The notes: generated by a model not told the origin, from the sequence alone. Shown: positions 1 through 9,847, numbered from the stretch's first letter. The stretch: 64,000 nucleotides of DNA from Clostridiaceae bacterium (GCA_012521015.1 JAAYNE010000093.1:1420-65419); one strand, 5' to 3'. Numbers and translations are program-made.

Positions 1-18
1 AAGATCCTTAATTATCGG

Positions 19-57
19 AAAGCCAACCTTCTGCCGGAGGTTGGCTTTTTTATTTTT
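19..57 (+). terminator. Intrinsic terminator hairpin (probably bidirectional)
   Basis: AAAGCCAACCTTC-tgcc-GGAGGTTGGCTTT followed by a T-tract; lies just past the stop of the minus-strand HAD gene. Confidence 0.75.
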
Positions 58-83
58 GATATCTTCTCTTCTCCAACACTTTT

Positions 84-680
84 TTATAATCTTTCCATTG
101 CTTGTCTCAACTCTAAAACATTTCCATTAAAGACATGTCCTTGCATGCCGATACTTTCTGCTGCAATTACGTGTTGTTCAAGATCGTCTATAAAAAAACA
201 TTCAGCCGGTTGTAAGGAGAACTTTTCGCATAAATATTCAAAAATTTTTGGATTCGGCTTTACCATTTTCACATCAGCTGAAACCAATGTTCCGTCAAAG
301 TATTTAGATGCGGAAATTCTATGCCAATATTCATGCTGACGCGTACTAGCATTGGAAAGTAAATAGATTTTATATCCTTTAGCTTTCAATTCTTTGATTA
401 ATTGGCTCATGCCTTCAACTTCTATCAGAGGAATATCCCACTTGGTAACCAAAGTAATCATCTGACTGTGGAGTCTTATGGGAAGTTTGTTTTGCAAAAT
501 TTCAATTACCTCATTCTCATTTGCACTTCCATCATCAAGGCTCGCCCATTCTTGCGAATTAAAAATAATATCATTTAGCAGTTTTGCGTCTTGTTTATTG
601 ACATTTAATCTGCTGATGAAAAGCTCAGGTTTAAATACTATTAATACATTTCCCATATCAAAAACTATGTTTTTTATCAT
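84..680 (-). CDS. HAD-family phosphatase (YihX-like)
   Basis: Motif I FDMGNV, LLSN, KP..IF and FIDD; GGAGG RBS upstream. Confidence 0.9.
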   Translation of the reverse strand: MIKNIVFDMGNVLIVFKPELFISRLNVNKQDAKLLNDIIFNSQEWASLDDGSANENEVIEILQNKLPIRLHSQMITLVTKWDIPLIEVEGMSQLIKELKAKGYKIYLLSNASTRQHEYWHRISASKYFDGTLVSADVKMVKPNPKIFEYLCEKFSLQPAECFFIDDLEQHVIAAESIGMQGHVFNGNVLELRQAMERL

Positions 681-734
681 ATAACCTCCATTTCAAAAAT
701 ACATTTATATCGCTTTTGAAAGTTTTTTTGAAAA

Positions 735-941
735 TTAAAATTCATAATGAGTCTATAAGCTAATTATTTTTATGATTTTTTCTTCTTCCAAAATTTGATA
801 TACAAGCCTATGTTGGTGGTTGATTCGTCTTGAATAAGCTCCTTTTAAGTCGCCTTTTAATTTTTCATATGAATGAAAATTTCTTGGATTACAAGCTAAA
901 CTGAAATCAATTTCATTCTGTTTTACAACTTGTCTGTACAC
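735..941 (-). pseudogene. yoeB: Txe/YoeB-family toxin remnant
   Basis: YEKLKGDLKGAYSRRINHQHRLVY is the YoeB core; in-frame TAG at 753-755 is followed by THYEF-stop; N-terminus not YoeB-like; no antitoxin. Confidence 0.8.
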
Positions 942-974
942 GGAACTTCAAAATGTAAAGCAATTTTCGCAAAA

Positions 975-1532
975 TTATTTTTCAATTGGGAATAACGGTA
1001 ACTCTTGCAGATAAATAATATCTTTGCGACCTATTGCATCACCTTCGGCTAAAATTGCAGCTTTTACAGTAATTTTTCCACCTGCCTGTTCAATCAATTC
1101 TTCAAGTGATTTGAGAGATTGACCTGTGGAAATGACATCATCAATAATACCGACTCTTTTACCCTGAATCAGATGTAAATCTTCGCGCGGCAAATATAGT
1201 TTTTGATGTCCTATTGTCGTAATCGATTCAACATCAACTGTCAGGGGATCTTCCATATAGGTTTTTTTGCTTTTGCGAGCAACGACATAACGAGGTATAT
1301 TCAAAACACGGGATAGTTCATGCACCAACGGTATTCCTTTGGCTTCAGCCGTAATCAAAACATCAACTTCCGGTATGCGTTCAGCTAGCAATTTTGCACA
1401 ATGGCTTACAGCCTCAACATCTCCCAGAATAATTAAAGCGGCGATCGCTAAATCATCTGAAACTTTTACTATATGTAATTGTCTTTTTAGTCCGTGGATG
1501 TCAATCGGATAATATTTCGGTAATTCTTTCAT
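975..1532 (-). CDS. Adenine/purine phosphoribosyltransferase-family protein
   Basis: TAEAKGIP, ARK and PRPP loop IIDDVISTGQS. Confidence 0.85.
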   Translation of the reverse strand: MKELPKYYPIDIHGLKRQLHIVKVSDDLAIAALIILGDVEAVSHCAKLLAERIPEVDVLITAEAKGIPLVHELSRVLNIPRYVVARKSKKTYMEDPLTVDVESITTIGHQKLYLPREDLHLIQGKRVGIIDDVISTGQSLKSLEELIEQAGGKITVKAAILAEGDAIGRKDIIYLQELPLFPIEK

Positions 1533-1677
1533 CGCTAAAACCTCATCGTTAAAACTGTTATAAGATTATCGTTATTATTGTTCACTCAAGTATTATACTT
1601 GGTCTTTGTATTCTCCGCACATAATATTTATGATTACGTTAACTTATTGCAATTAAAAAATCTTAGAAATTCAATAG

Positions 1678-1880
1678 ATAACAACAAAACATCTTTCAAA
1701 TATAATTTTAGCTCATGGAATTGCTTGGAAATGCGTTTACTGGAAAAATTCATCAAAACTTGGCGAAACTGTCGTTGGAAAATCACATTGCTTGAGGACT
1801 TTAGCCCGAGTTTGTGATTTTTAGGCAATAAACCTTGGTTTTGGAATTTTTATCAGCACATATGAGCAAGCGATTTCATT
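1678..1880. repeat. ~200-bp intergenic direct repeat, copy 1
   Basis: Shares blocks AAATGCGTTT, TGTCGTTGGAAAATC, CTTTAGCCCGA, GATTTTTAGGCAATAAACCTT and GAATTTTTATCAG with 2550-2752. Confidence 0.85.
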
Positions 1881-1904
1881 AGCTAAAATTACAGAGAAAA
1901 GCTC

Positions 1905-2342
1905 TTAAGGATTGTCAGCAGATTTATTTTCCAGGTCTGCTTTTTCAACATTATCCCAGATAACATTACCGCGCGGGCTTAATTCCGGATAGTTCAGGTA
2001 TTCGTTAAGAGCATCTTTGAGGTTTGCACCGGTAACATGTTCCAAGAGATCAGCCTGTTCATGTGCTACATCATATGACATTCCCAGAATTTCCGTTAAA
2101 AAATATTCCCATAAGCGATGACAGGAAATAATGTTACGAGCTTTTACCATACCGGACTCAGTAAGACTGATTTTGTTTTGTTCGAAATTAATCAAGCCAT
2201 CTTCACATAGTTTTTTGACCATTTCACTGACGGAAGCTCGCGAAACACCAAGCTTTTTTGCAATAGTCACACTATTTACAAAATCAGCTCTTTTTGTTAA
2301 GCGATAGATTGCAATAATGTAATCTTCTCTACTGGAATTCAT
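1905..2342 (-). CDS. mntR: DtxR/MntR-family metal-dependent repressor
   Basis: EDY..IY, HTH VSRASVSEMVKKL, HRLWEYFL, A..LEH, P..SP.G. Confidence 0.9.
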   Translation of the reverse strand: MNSSREDYIIAIYRLTKRADFVNSVTIAKKLGVSRASVSEMVKKLCEDGLINFEQNKISLTESGMVKARNIISCHRLWEYFLTEILGMSYDVAHEQADLLEHVTGANLKDALNEYLNYPELSPRGNVIWDNVEKADLENKSADNP

Positions 2343-2549
2343 ATTATTTCACTCACTTCGAACTGAATCAATAAATTCAGTTTTTGTCGCATACTAAATT
2401 CAGCAGTTATATATAATTCTACTAGCTTGATATGAATTTGTTAGCTTTATATAGTTTTATTATAACAAACAATTTTAAATTTAAAACATTGATATTTTCT
2501 GAGGAGCTCTGTTAATTGACTACGGGTTTATAAATTCTCGATTTGACCA

Positions 2550-2752
2550 TTAATAACAAAACATTTTTTAATAATGTTTCAATCAATGAAATCACTTAAA
2601 AATGCGTTTGCTGAAAAAAATCATTAAAAACTTGGCAAATTTGTCGTTGGAAAATCGCATATTTAAGGGCTTTAGCCCGAATTTACGATTTTTAGGCAAT
2701 AAACCTTCAGTTTTTAGAATTTTTATCAGTACACATGAGAAGCAATTTCTAT
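2550..2752. repeat. ~200-bp intergenic direct repeat, copy 2
   Basis: Imperfect copy of 1678-1880, abutting the stop codon at 2753. Confidence 0.85.
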
Positions 2753-3910
2753 TTACACACCATAATCTACTTTAATCATGTCGTATCGCAACCTACCTTT
2801 TTCGGTAAGACAATATATTTTTCTTTCATGATTACGGTGAACAAACCCTTGATCAATTAAGCGATTAAGTCTGCGTTCAGTTGTTTCTTGATCCCAATAC
2901 AAATGATCTTTAATTGTCGCAAAACCGAGCTCAAACTCTGCATCTTCTTGATCTTCGTGATTACCTAAATGCATAATCAGCAAATCAAGTCTGAATTCTT
3001 TACGATTTTTATGTCTTAAATATATAGCAGTAATAATACCTTGACGGTTTAAAAGAACCGTCATAAAGGTTGTGAAGCCTGTGGTTACCGCAATCATTCC
3101 CGAAATAGAAACATTGAATGCAATTGCTAAATAAAAACCTGAAATTGAATTAAGTATTGAGAAGATAATCGATACTAAGAGCATCTTCTTGAGACTTTTT
3201 GTCAGCATATAAGCAGATGCCGCGGGACCGACAAATAAGGCAATAACCAGAATTGCTCCGACCGCATCGAAGGCGGCAACCGCTGTAAATGAGGTCAAGG
3301 TCATTAATCCATAAAAAAGAAGTCCGGAAGAAAATCCAGCTAAAGTTGCAAATTCCGGATCAAAGCTACTGATTTTTAATTCTTTTATAAATACCACAAC
3401 AAAGATCAAATTGATCAACAATATTATTAACATATAAAATAATGCTTTCGGTAATTCTACACCGAAAACTGTCATTGTATTTAGCGGAATCATAATCACT
3501 TGTCCCATTAAGACAATATCTGTATCAAGATGAACATTACGAGCAAATGTACTGATTAAAATAACGGCTAATGAGAAAAACAAAGGAAAAATTATGCCGA
3601 CAGCATCATCATTTTTAACCAAGCGAGTTTTCGATAACAAACCAATTGCATAAACTGTAAAAACACCGAATACACTTGCTCCGATCAATAAAAACGGTGA
3701 ATTCAAATTTTTAGTTACAAAATATGCCAACACGATACCTAGCAAGATTGAGTGGGAAAGTGCATCCGTCAGCATTGATAATTTATTCAAAACCAAAAAA
3801 CAACCGAGAAGTGAACAAGCGATTCCGGTAACAATCAAGGTCAGCAACATCTGTTGATTGTAATTGAGAAAATCTAACATTTTAGTCAATAAGAGATTTT
3901 GATAAATCAT
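2753..3910 (-). CDS. Mn/Zn/Fe ABC-3 permease (TroD/MntD-like) with C-terminal winged-helix-like domain
   Basis: DALSHSILLG, AFDAVGAILV; soluble tail ending YCLTEKG. Confidence 0.88.
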   Translation of the reverse strand: MIYQNLLLTKMLDFLNYNQQMLLTLIVTGIACSLLGCFLVLNKLSMLTDALSHSILLGIVLAYFVTKNLNSPFLLIGASVFGVFTVYAIGLLSKTRLVKNDDAVGIIFPLFFSLAVILISTFARNVHLDTDIVLMGQVIMIPLNTMTVFGVELPKALFYMLIILLINLIFVVVFIKELKISSFDPEFATLAGFSSGLLFYGLMTLTSFTAVAAFDAVGAILVIALFVGPAASAYMLTKSLKKMLLVSIIFSILNSISGFYLAIAFNVSISGMIAVTTGFTTFMTVLLNRQGIITAIYLRHKNRKEFRLDLLIMHLGNHEDQEDAEFELGFATIKDHLYWDQETTERRLNRLIDQGFVHRNHERKIYCLTEKGRLRYDMIKVDYGV

Positions 3911-4853
3911 TTAAATATTTTCTCCTTCGCAGCCAATTAGCCAGTAAGCCTTTAGGTGAAATGAACATTGAAATGAAAGCTAAGCCGGACATCACCACAA
4001 TTATACAAGGTCCGGTTGACATTCCGGCATAAACACTTGAAATATAGGTACCGACAAAAGCCGAAAAACTGCCGACAATGGCGGCAATAATTAAGACATA
4101 GCTGAAACGATTGCTCCATTGTAAAGCCGTGATTCCCGGTACAATTAAAAATGAAGAAATCAAAATAGCACCGACTAATTTCAGGCCGGTAGCAATCACA
4201 CTCATTGTAATTAACACTAGCAAAACATACATCAATGTTGAGTTCAGACCGATCGATTGAGCATAAACCTCATCAAAAACAAAAATTTTAAATTCTTTAT
4301 AAAACAGAAAAAGAATTAATAACGACGGTATCGCAACTATCAAAATTAAATGGACATCAATTGTTCTGATAAAAGCGGCTTGTCCAAAGATATAGTTGCT
4401 CAAACCGCCTTGCGGCACTTTGCCGTAAACAGGATGCCCTTGGATAAAGCTTTTGAGAACCATACCGAGACCAAAAAATGCCGAGAGAATTGTTGCTAAA
4501 ATTGCATCCAGGTTTAATTTGGAATTTTTATCGATGAACTGAATAATAATAAAAGCCAGAGTGCCCGAAATAATTGCCCCGATCATTAAAGAAACTGAAT
4601 CCAAGCTCATGCTGATCATAAAAGCTAGAATAATTCCCGGATAAGATGAATGGCCGATTGCATCTCCAATCAGAGATTGTCCCTTCAAAACTGTTATTGT
4701 GCCGACCATTCCTGCAACTGTAGCTAAAATCATCGTACCCAGACAAACTACAATAAAGGTATAACTACTTAATATTTCAAAATCTAAGCCGATTGCATTG
4801 AGCAGATTGGCAAAATTTAAACTGAATATTTTATTTAGAAAAATACTAAGCAT
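3882..4853 (-). CDS. Mn/Zn/Fe ABC-3 permease (TroC/MntC-like)
   Basis: GDAIGHSSYPG, YIFGQAA, VGAILIS; multiple hydrophobic segments. Confidence 0.88.
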   Translation of the reverse strand: MLSIFLNKIFSLNFANLLNAIGLDFEILSSYTFIVVCLGTMILATVAGMVGTITVLKGQSLIGDAIGHSSYPGIILAFMISMSLDSVSLMIGAIISGTLAFIIIQFIDKNSKLNLDAILATILSAFFGLGMVLKSFIQGHPVYGKVPQGGLSNYIFGQAAFIRTIDVHLILIVAIPSLLILFLFYKEFKIFVFDEVYAQSIGLNSTLMYVLLVLITMSVIATGLKLVGAILISSFLIVPGITALQWSNRFSYVLIIAAIVGSFSAFVGTYISSVYAGMSTGPCIIVVMSGLAFISMFISPKGLLANWLRRRKYLNDLSKSLID

Positions 4854-5580
4854 TTATTTTAAAACCTCCGCCCATATCAGCAGCATCAAGATTTGCTTGG
4901 GTTAATGTTTCGGACATTTTACCTTGGGCTATTATTCTCTTATTGAGAATGACCAAATGATCAAAATAATCAGCTAAAGTATTCAAATCATGATGGATAA
5001 CAATCGATGTTTTGCCTTGCTTTTGTGAGTCTTTCAAAAAGTCGATAATTACTTTTTCCGTATTTTTGTCGACACCGGCAAGCGGTTCATCCATGAAATA
5101 TATTTCTGCATTCTGCGCAATCGCCCTGGCTATAAAAACTCTTTGTTTCTGACCACCGGACAATTGCGAAATCTGACGTTTGGCATAATCTTGCATCCCC
5201 ATTTTATGCAATGCATTTTTGGCAATTTCTATATCCTTTTTTCTAGGTCTTTTAATCCAGCCAAGATGGACATAACGCCCCATCAAAACTACATCTAAAG
5301 CTGTTGTCGGGAAATCCCAGTTTACACTGTTTGACTGGGGAATATATGCAATTTTTTTATAGATTTGTTTAACACTTTTGCCCATGATTTCAACCGTTCC
5401 GGACAATGTTTTTTGCAGACCGAGAATACCTTTTAATAAAGTTGACTTACCTGCCCCATTAGGGCCGATAATTGCTGTCCTGGAGTTTGCGATAATACTG
5501 ACATCGTTATCCCACAATACCGGTTTATCGTGATAGGCCATTGTCAAATCTTCAACTTTGACAATTATATTCTCTGACAT
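4846..5580 (-). CDS. Metal ABC transporter ATP-binding protein (TroB/MntB-like)
   Basis: GPNGAGKST, LSGGQKQR, MDEP; start set at ATG 5580 behind a GAGGGA RBS. Confidence 0.92.
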   Translation of the reverse strand: MSENIIVKVEDLTMAYHDKPVLWDNDVSIIANSRTAIIGPNGAGKSTLLKGILGLQKTLSGTVEIMGKSVKQIYKKIAYIPQSNSVNWDFPTTALDVVLMGRYVHLGWIKRPRKKDIEIAKNALHKMGMQDYAKRQISQLSGGQKQRVFIARAIAQNAEIYFMDEPLAGVDKNTEKVIIDFLKDSQKQGKTSIVIHHDLNTLADYFDHLVILNKRIIAQGKMSETLTQANLDAADMGGGFKINA

Positions 5581-5702
5581 ATTTCCCTCTTTTACTCTCA
5601 AAGCTTTTTCGTCTTTATTTAACAGTACTTTCACTTGTTATTTCCTTGTAAAAACATAATTTCCCGACTTCAATAAATTATATTTAATCTTTATTCGGCA
5701 GA

Positions 5703-6785
5703 TTACTTTAAATTCTTCACGATTAAATCCACATTATGGGTAAACATATCGATAAAGTTATCGCCCGGTTGACCTTCCGGAGCCAAAGAGTCGGAAAACA
5801 ATTCCTGACCTTCACCGCTGACAACTTTTACATCAAATCCCTGCGCTGCCGCTGCTTCCTTCAGTTTTTCCATACGAGCCGGATCGGTTGTTGTTTCAGC
5901 AAAAACGGCTTTTATTTCTTTCTCTACTATAAAATCCACGGTGTTTTGAATATCTTTATTCGCAACTTCAGAATCGGTACTTATACCTTGAGGTGCCATA
6001 ACCGGAATATCGAAAGAACGCGAAAAGTAGTTGAATGCATCATGCGGTGTAATTAAATAACGTGAATCTTCCGGGATCGAATCAAGTTTTTCTTTAGATT
6101 CTTCAAACATAACTACTAGCTGCTCATTATATTCTTCCGCATTCTTTGCGATTGTATCGGCTGCTTCCGGTAATAATTGACTCAAATATTCTGCGGTATT
6201 ATTAACGGCAAGTTGATATAATTCAAGATCGAACCAAAAGTGAGGATCAATAATTAAATCACCATCTTGATCCATTGCCCCGACTCGATCTGCCGGGAAG
6301 TCCTTGGCTAAAGCGTATCCGTAATTTTCCAGAACATCTACCATTTTTCCCTCAAAATGCAGTCCGTGATAAATGACCAAATCGGCATCTGTGATCTTTT
6401 GCAAATCTTGCGGTTTCGGTTCATAGAGATGCGGATCGTCACCAGCAGGAATAATCATATCTATATTTACAAAGTCTTCCGCCAGAACTTTTACGATATC
6501 TGCAACAAAAGTTGTCGTTCCTGTAATAACAGGCTTATCACTACCGGTATAAGCTTCAATTGTATTATCTGATTCTGTTTCAGCATCTTCCGCATCTACA
6601 TTTTCTGTTTCTGCATCTTCAGTACCTGCATTTTTGTCTTTCACATCTTCTATTTCTACCTCTTCAATCTCCGGATTTTTCGCCTCTGAATCTTCAGAAG
6701 TTGTTTCGTTTGAATTTGTTCCACATGAACTGACTAATAACACAAAAGCCATTAATAATGACACTAATAAACTGATTTTTTTCAT
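5703..6785 (-). CDS. Metal ABC transporter substrate-binding lipoprotein (TroA/MntA-like)
   Basis: Lipobox VSSC, DPHLYEP, DPHFWFD, HDAFNYF, SDSL; acidic linker. Confidence 0.92.
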   Translation of the reverse strand: MKKISLLVSLLMAFVLLVSSCGTNSNETTSEDSEAKNPEIEEVEIEDVKDKNAGTEDAETENVDAEDAETESDNTIEAYTGSDKPVITGTTTFVADIVKVLAEDFVNIDMIIPAGDDPHLYEPKPQDLQKITDADLVIYHGLHFEGKMVDVLENYGYALAKDFPADRVGAMDQDGDLIIDPHFWFDLELYQLAVNNTAEYLSQLLPEAADTIAKNAEEYNEQLVVMFEESKEKLDSIPEDSRYLITPHDAFNYFSRSFDIPVMAPQGISTDSEVANKDIQNTVDFIVEKEIKAVFAETTTDPARMEKLKEAAAAQGFDVKVVSGEGQELFSDSLAPEGQPGDNFIDMFTHNVDLIVKNLK

Positions 6786-6954
6786 TCCTCTTTCTCCATT
6801 CTTTGCTTGTAAAATCAAGCATTTGTTCGTTTATTCGTTTCTCTCATTTTATTTAACAGCTTTTTACTTAGACCCTAGTTTTGGAAGGAAAATATACCTC
6901 AAAACTTGAAAATATCATCTTTATCAAAACTGCTATCGCAAACATAAAAAACTA

Positions 6955-6970
6955 GTTAGGCACACCTTAC
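6955..6970. promoter_or_regulatory. Putative DtxR/MntR operator
   Basis: GTTAG-gcacac-CTTAC (one mismatch to GTTAG-N6-CTAAC) upstream of the metal ABC operon. Confidence 0.6.
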
Positions 6971-6988
6971 AGTTTCTATTTAACATCA

Positions 6989-7004
6989 GTTAGGCGCGAC
7001 TAAC
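6989..7004. promoter_or_regulatory. Putative DtxR/MntR operator
   Basis: GTTAG-gcgcga-CTAAC. Confidence 0.7.
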
Positions 7005-7247
7005 AAATTTAAAAGAAAATTTCATGCAAACCGCTATATCATATTGGAATTTTTCGATTATTATTTAGATAATTAGTAAAATCAACTCTTGATTAATGTT
7101 GGTATTATATATTTCAAAATCTGCAGAAGTCTTTTTAAGTATATTTAGTTACGGAATTTCACTGATTATTACCCGGGAAAAAGCAGGAGCAAAAAAAGCG
7201 TTCGCTACACCTTCAAATTTCTGTATTTACTTCTATTCTTTATAACA

Positions 7248-7287
7248 TTATTGGTCTCATTATGCCCGGGCATAATGATACCAATAA
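7248..7287. terminator. 40-bp near-perfect palindrome, likely terminator of the feo operon
   Basis: TTATTGGTCTCATTATGCCC|GGGCATAATGATACCAATAA, one mismatch, 19 bp past the stop at 7307. Confidence 0.6.
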
Positions 7288-7306
7288 AACAAGCGCTTTT
7301 CAATTA

Positions 7307-7483
7307 TTATAGGTGTCTTAAATTGTCGCAATTGGAACCGCTGTAGTATTTACTTCTGCACTGTTTAGCATAAGGACAACCGGTACAGGCTGTACCTTGC
7401 TTTTTCCTACGCCTCGCTAAATACCATATTATACCTACAACAATAGCAAGTATTATCAGCGCAACTACAATGTTTTCCATCAT
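7307..7483 (-). CDS. FeoB-associated Cys-rich membrane protein (58 aa; not in the ORF track)
   Basis: Manual translation MMENIVVALIILAIVVGIIWYLARRRKKQGTACTGCPYAKQC...: TM helix, basic patch, CxxC..C; directly after feoB. Confidence 0.88.
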   Translation of the reverse strand: MMENIVVALIILAIVVGIIWYLARRRKKQGTACTGCPYAKQCRSKYYSGSNCDNLRHL

Positions 7484-7506
7484 AATAAATTCCTGTTTTT
7501 CTGAAG

Positions 7507-9513
7507 TTAGTTCCTTGCACCGGACAGAGCATACTCGCTATTCAGCTTTTTGTTAGTGTTTCTAATAAGACCAATCACAATGGCAGCCATAGCAACTATC
7601 ACAACAAAACCGCCAATTGCAGCGCCAATGTGAAGAGCCCCGCCGGTGACAATTGTACCGATGGTATAAACGAAATATGCTACAGCATAGCCGGTACCAA
7701 GCTGGAGTGCAACACCACCCCAAAACCATTTAGCACTTCTCATCTCGGAGTTCATGGCACCCATAGCGGCAAAACAAGGAGGAGTATACAAATTAAACAT
7801 CAGATAAGCGAGAGCTGCAACCTTTGTAATTGCCATAATACCTGCAACCTCCATGCCGGCGCCTTCCATAAGGGCAAACTCTTCGGTATCAATCAGGTTC
7901 TCAAGTCCAACAAAGGTAACTGCAAGAGTGCCTACAACGTTCTCTTTTGCGATAAGACCGGTAACAGCTGCTGCGGCAAGCTGCCAAGACATAACGCCAA
8001 CAATCGGAAATAGCAGGTATGCAAAGGGTGATGCGATGGAAGCAAGGATAGATTGATCTGCGGACTCAACAACTCGGAAACTCCATGAGAAAGTTTGCAT
8101 CAGCTGCACTGCCAGGTTGCAAAGCAAGATAATCGTAGTAGCATTAACGATAAAAGCCCAGCCACGCATACACATGGATTTGAAAGCGCCCCAAAGGGAA
8201 GGGACCTTGTATTCAGGGAGTTCTATGATAAAGAAAGATTTTCTTGCTTTATAGCCTACAATCTTGTTCACCAGAAGTGCGCCGAGGAAAATCAGCAGAA
8301 TACCGGTAAAGTACATCAAGGTACTCACCCAGCCTGCATCATCGAAGAATGCTCCGGCAAAGAGAGCAATAACAGGAATCTTCGCACCACAAGGAACAAA
8401 TGGAGCAAGCATAGCGGTCATTCGTCTTTCGCGTTCGTTACGGATGGTACGGCTTGCCATAATCCCGGGAATTGCACAACCGATGCTGATGACGAAAGGA
8501 ATTACTGACTTGCCGGATAAACCAACCCTTTTGAAGATGGGATCAAGTACAACGGCAACACGGGACATGTACCCACATTCCTCCAATAAAGCAATCAGGA
8601 AATACATAACCATAATAAGAGGCAGGAAACCGACAACGGCAATTACACCGCCAATGATGCCGTCAACAAGAATAGTCGAAAGAAGCGGGCTTGCATCCGC
8701 AAGAAGATCGCCTACCCATTCTTGGAATGTTTCCAGCCAGCCCACAAGTAAATCGGCGACAGGAGTACCTACCCAAACCTGCGATATTTGAAATACCAGA
8801 AACATTACAACTGCAAAGATTGGAATGCCGAGCCACTTATTTGCAAGTACAGCATCGATCTTATCACTTAAGTTCTTTTCCCTGGTTAGAACCTTACGGG
8901 TCTCAACGGCGTTTACAATATTATTGACAAATTCGAAACGCTTACGGTCAGCAGCTTCAATTATATCTTTATCAGTCAAATCGATATCGCCTTGCACATA
9001 AGGAGCCTTCTGAACATTGCTTACATGTGTAAGAGCCGCTTCAACAACAGTATCAAGACCTGTGCCGGAAGTAGCAACCGTGTTAATAACAGGACAGCCA
9101 AGCTTCGCCGACAAGGCTTCCACGTCAATTTTCGTACCTTTTTTTTCATTAAGATCGCTCTTATTCAAAGCAACAACAACAGGAATTTCCAGCTCTAAAA
9201 GCTGGGTAGTGAAAAAAAGGCTGCGACTGAGATTGGTAGCATCTACAATGTTGATAATAACATCAGGATTTTCTTTCTTTACATAGGAACTGGTAATGCT
9301 CTCTTCACTGGTGAAAGGAGACATAGAGTATGCACCGGGAAGATCAACAGCAAAAACTGACTGCTCACTCTTTGCATACATTTTCTTAATAGGGTGTTCT
9401 TTCTTATCTAAAGTCACTCCTGCCCAGTTACCTACTTTTTCACTGCGACCGGTTAAAGCATTATACATTGTGGTCTTGCCTGAATTCGGATTACCTGTCA
9501 AAGCAATTCTCAT
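7507..9513 (-). CDS. feoB: Ferrous iron transporter B
   Basis: GNPNSGKT, VGNWAGVT, DLPG, NKSD G-domain; membrane domain with GCAIP, PCGAK and PPCFA. Confidence 0.95.
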   Translation of the reverse strand: MRIALTGNPNSGKTTMYNALTGRSEKVGNWAGVTLDKKEHPIKKMYAKSEQSVFAVDLPGAYSMSPFTSEESITSSYVKKENPDVIINIVDATNLSRSLFFTTQLLELEIPVVVALNKSDLNEKKGTKIDVEALSAKLGCPVINTVATSGTGLDTVVEAALTHVSNVQKAPYVQGDIDLTDKDIIEAADRKRFEFVNNIVNAVETRKVLTREKNLSDKIDAVLANKWLGIPIFAVVMFLVFQISQVWVGTPVADLLVGWLETFQEWVGDLLADASPLLSTILVDGIIGGVIAVVGFLPLIMVMYFLIALLEECGYMSRVAVVLDPIFKRVGLSGKSVIPFVISIGCAIPGIMASRTIRNERERRMTAMLAPFVPCGAKIPVIALFAGAFFDDAGWVSTLMYFTGILLIFLGALLVNKIVGYKARKSFFIIELPEYKVPSLWGAFKSMCMRGWAFIVNATTIILLCNLAVQLMQTFSWSFRVVESADQSILASIASPFAYLLFPIVGVMSWQLAAAAVTGLIAKENVVGTLAVTFVGLENLIDTEEFALMEGAGMEVAGIMAITKVAALAYLMFNLYTPPCFAAMGAMNSEMRSAKWFWGGVALQLGTGYAVAYFVYTIGTIVTGGALHIGAAIGGFVVIVAMAAIVIGLIRNTNKKLNSEYALSGARN

Positions 9514-9577
9514 GGATTTCCTCCTTATTTCTTATCCTTAAAACATTATTCCTTGTAATTAAAATTTTATATTCCTA

Positions 9578-9593
9578 GTTAGCATTCACTAAC
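9578..9593. promoter_or_regulatory. Putative DtxR/MntR operator between feoA and feoB
   Basis: GTTAG-cattca-CTAAC. Confidence 0.65.
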
Positions 9594-9634
9594 CTTAGCT
9601 GAAAAAAAAAGCTCCTTGATCATTTTCTTACCAT

Positions 9635-9847
9635 TTAGATTTGAATGGCTTCGGCTAACTGGTTGTCAATATTATAACGGGCATCCTTAATGGAAACCGT
9701 ACAACCACCTTTGCGATGAGCAACAACTGTAATTGCTTCACCGATGTAGCATCCAAGAGAAAACAGAAACGCATTTAACTCTTCGTCATCAGTATTAATC
9801 TGGCGGATAGTGTATTCTCTACCTTCAATAGCACTTTTTAACGTCAT
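9635..9847 (-). CDS. feoA: Ferrous iron transport protein A
   Basis: FLFSLGCYIGEAITV...IKDARYNID..LAEAI; upstream of feoB; start uncertain (9847 or 9859). Confidence 0.9.
   Translation of the reverse strand: MTLKSAIEGREYTIRQINTDDEELNAFLFSLGCYIGEAITVVAHRKGGCTVSIKDARYNIDNQLAEAIQI

Noticed and set aside
753..755. TAG read-through or pyrrolysine in yoeB
   Set aside because: No pyl genes seen; the toxin N-terminus and antitoxin are also missing, so decay is simpler
1578..1828. ORFs 1578-1817 (+) and 1634-1828 (-)
   Set aside because: No recognisable motifs; they overlap a repeat whose second copy has indels
7630..9541. Many plus-strand ORFs antisense to feoB
   Set aside because: Shadow ORFs of a GC-richer gene; other antisense ORFs over rnf, ABC and ara genes were rejected for the same reason
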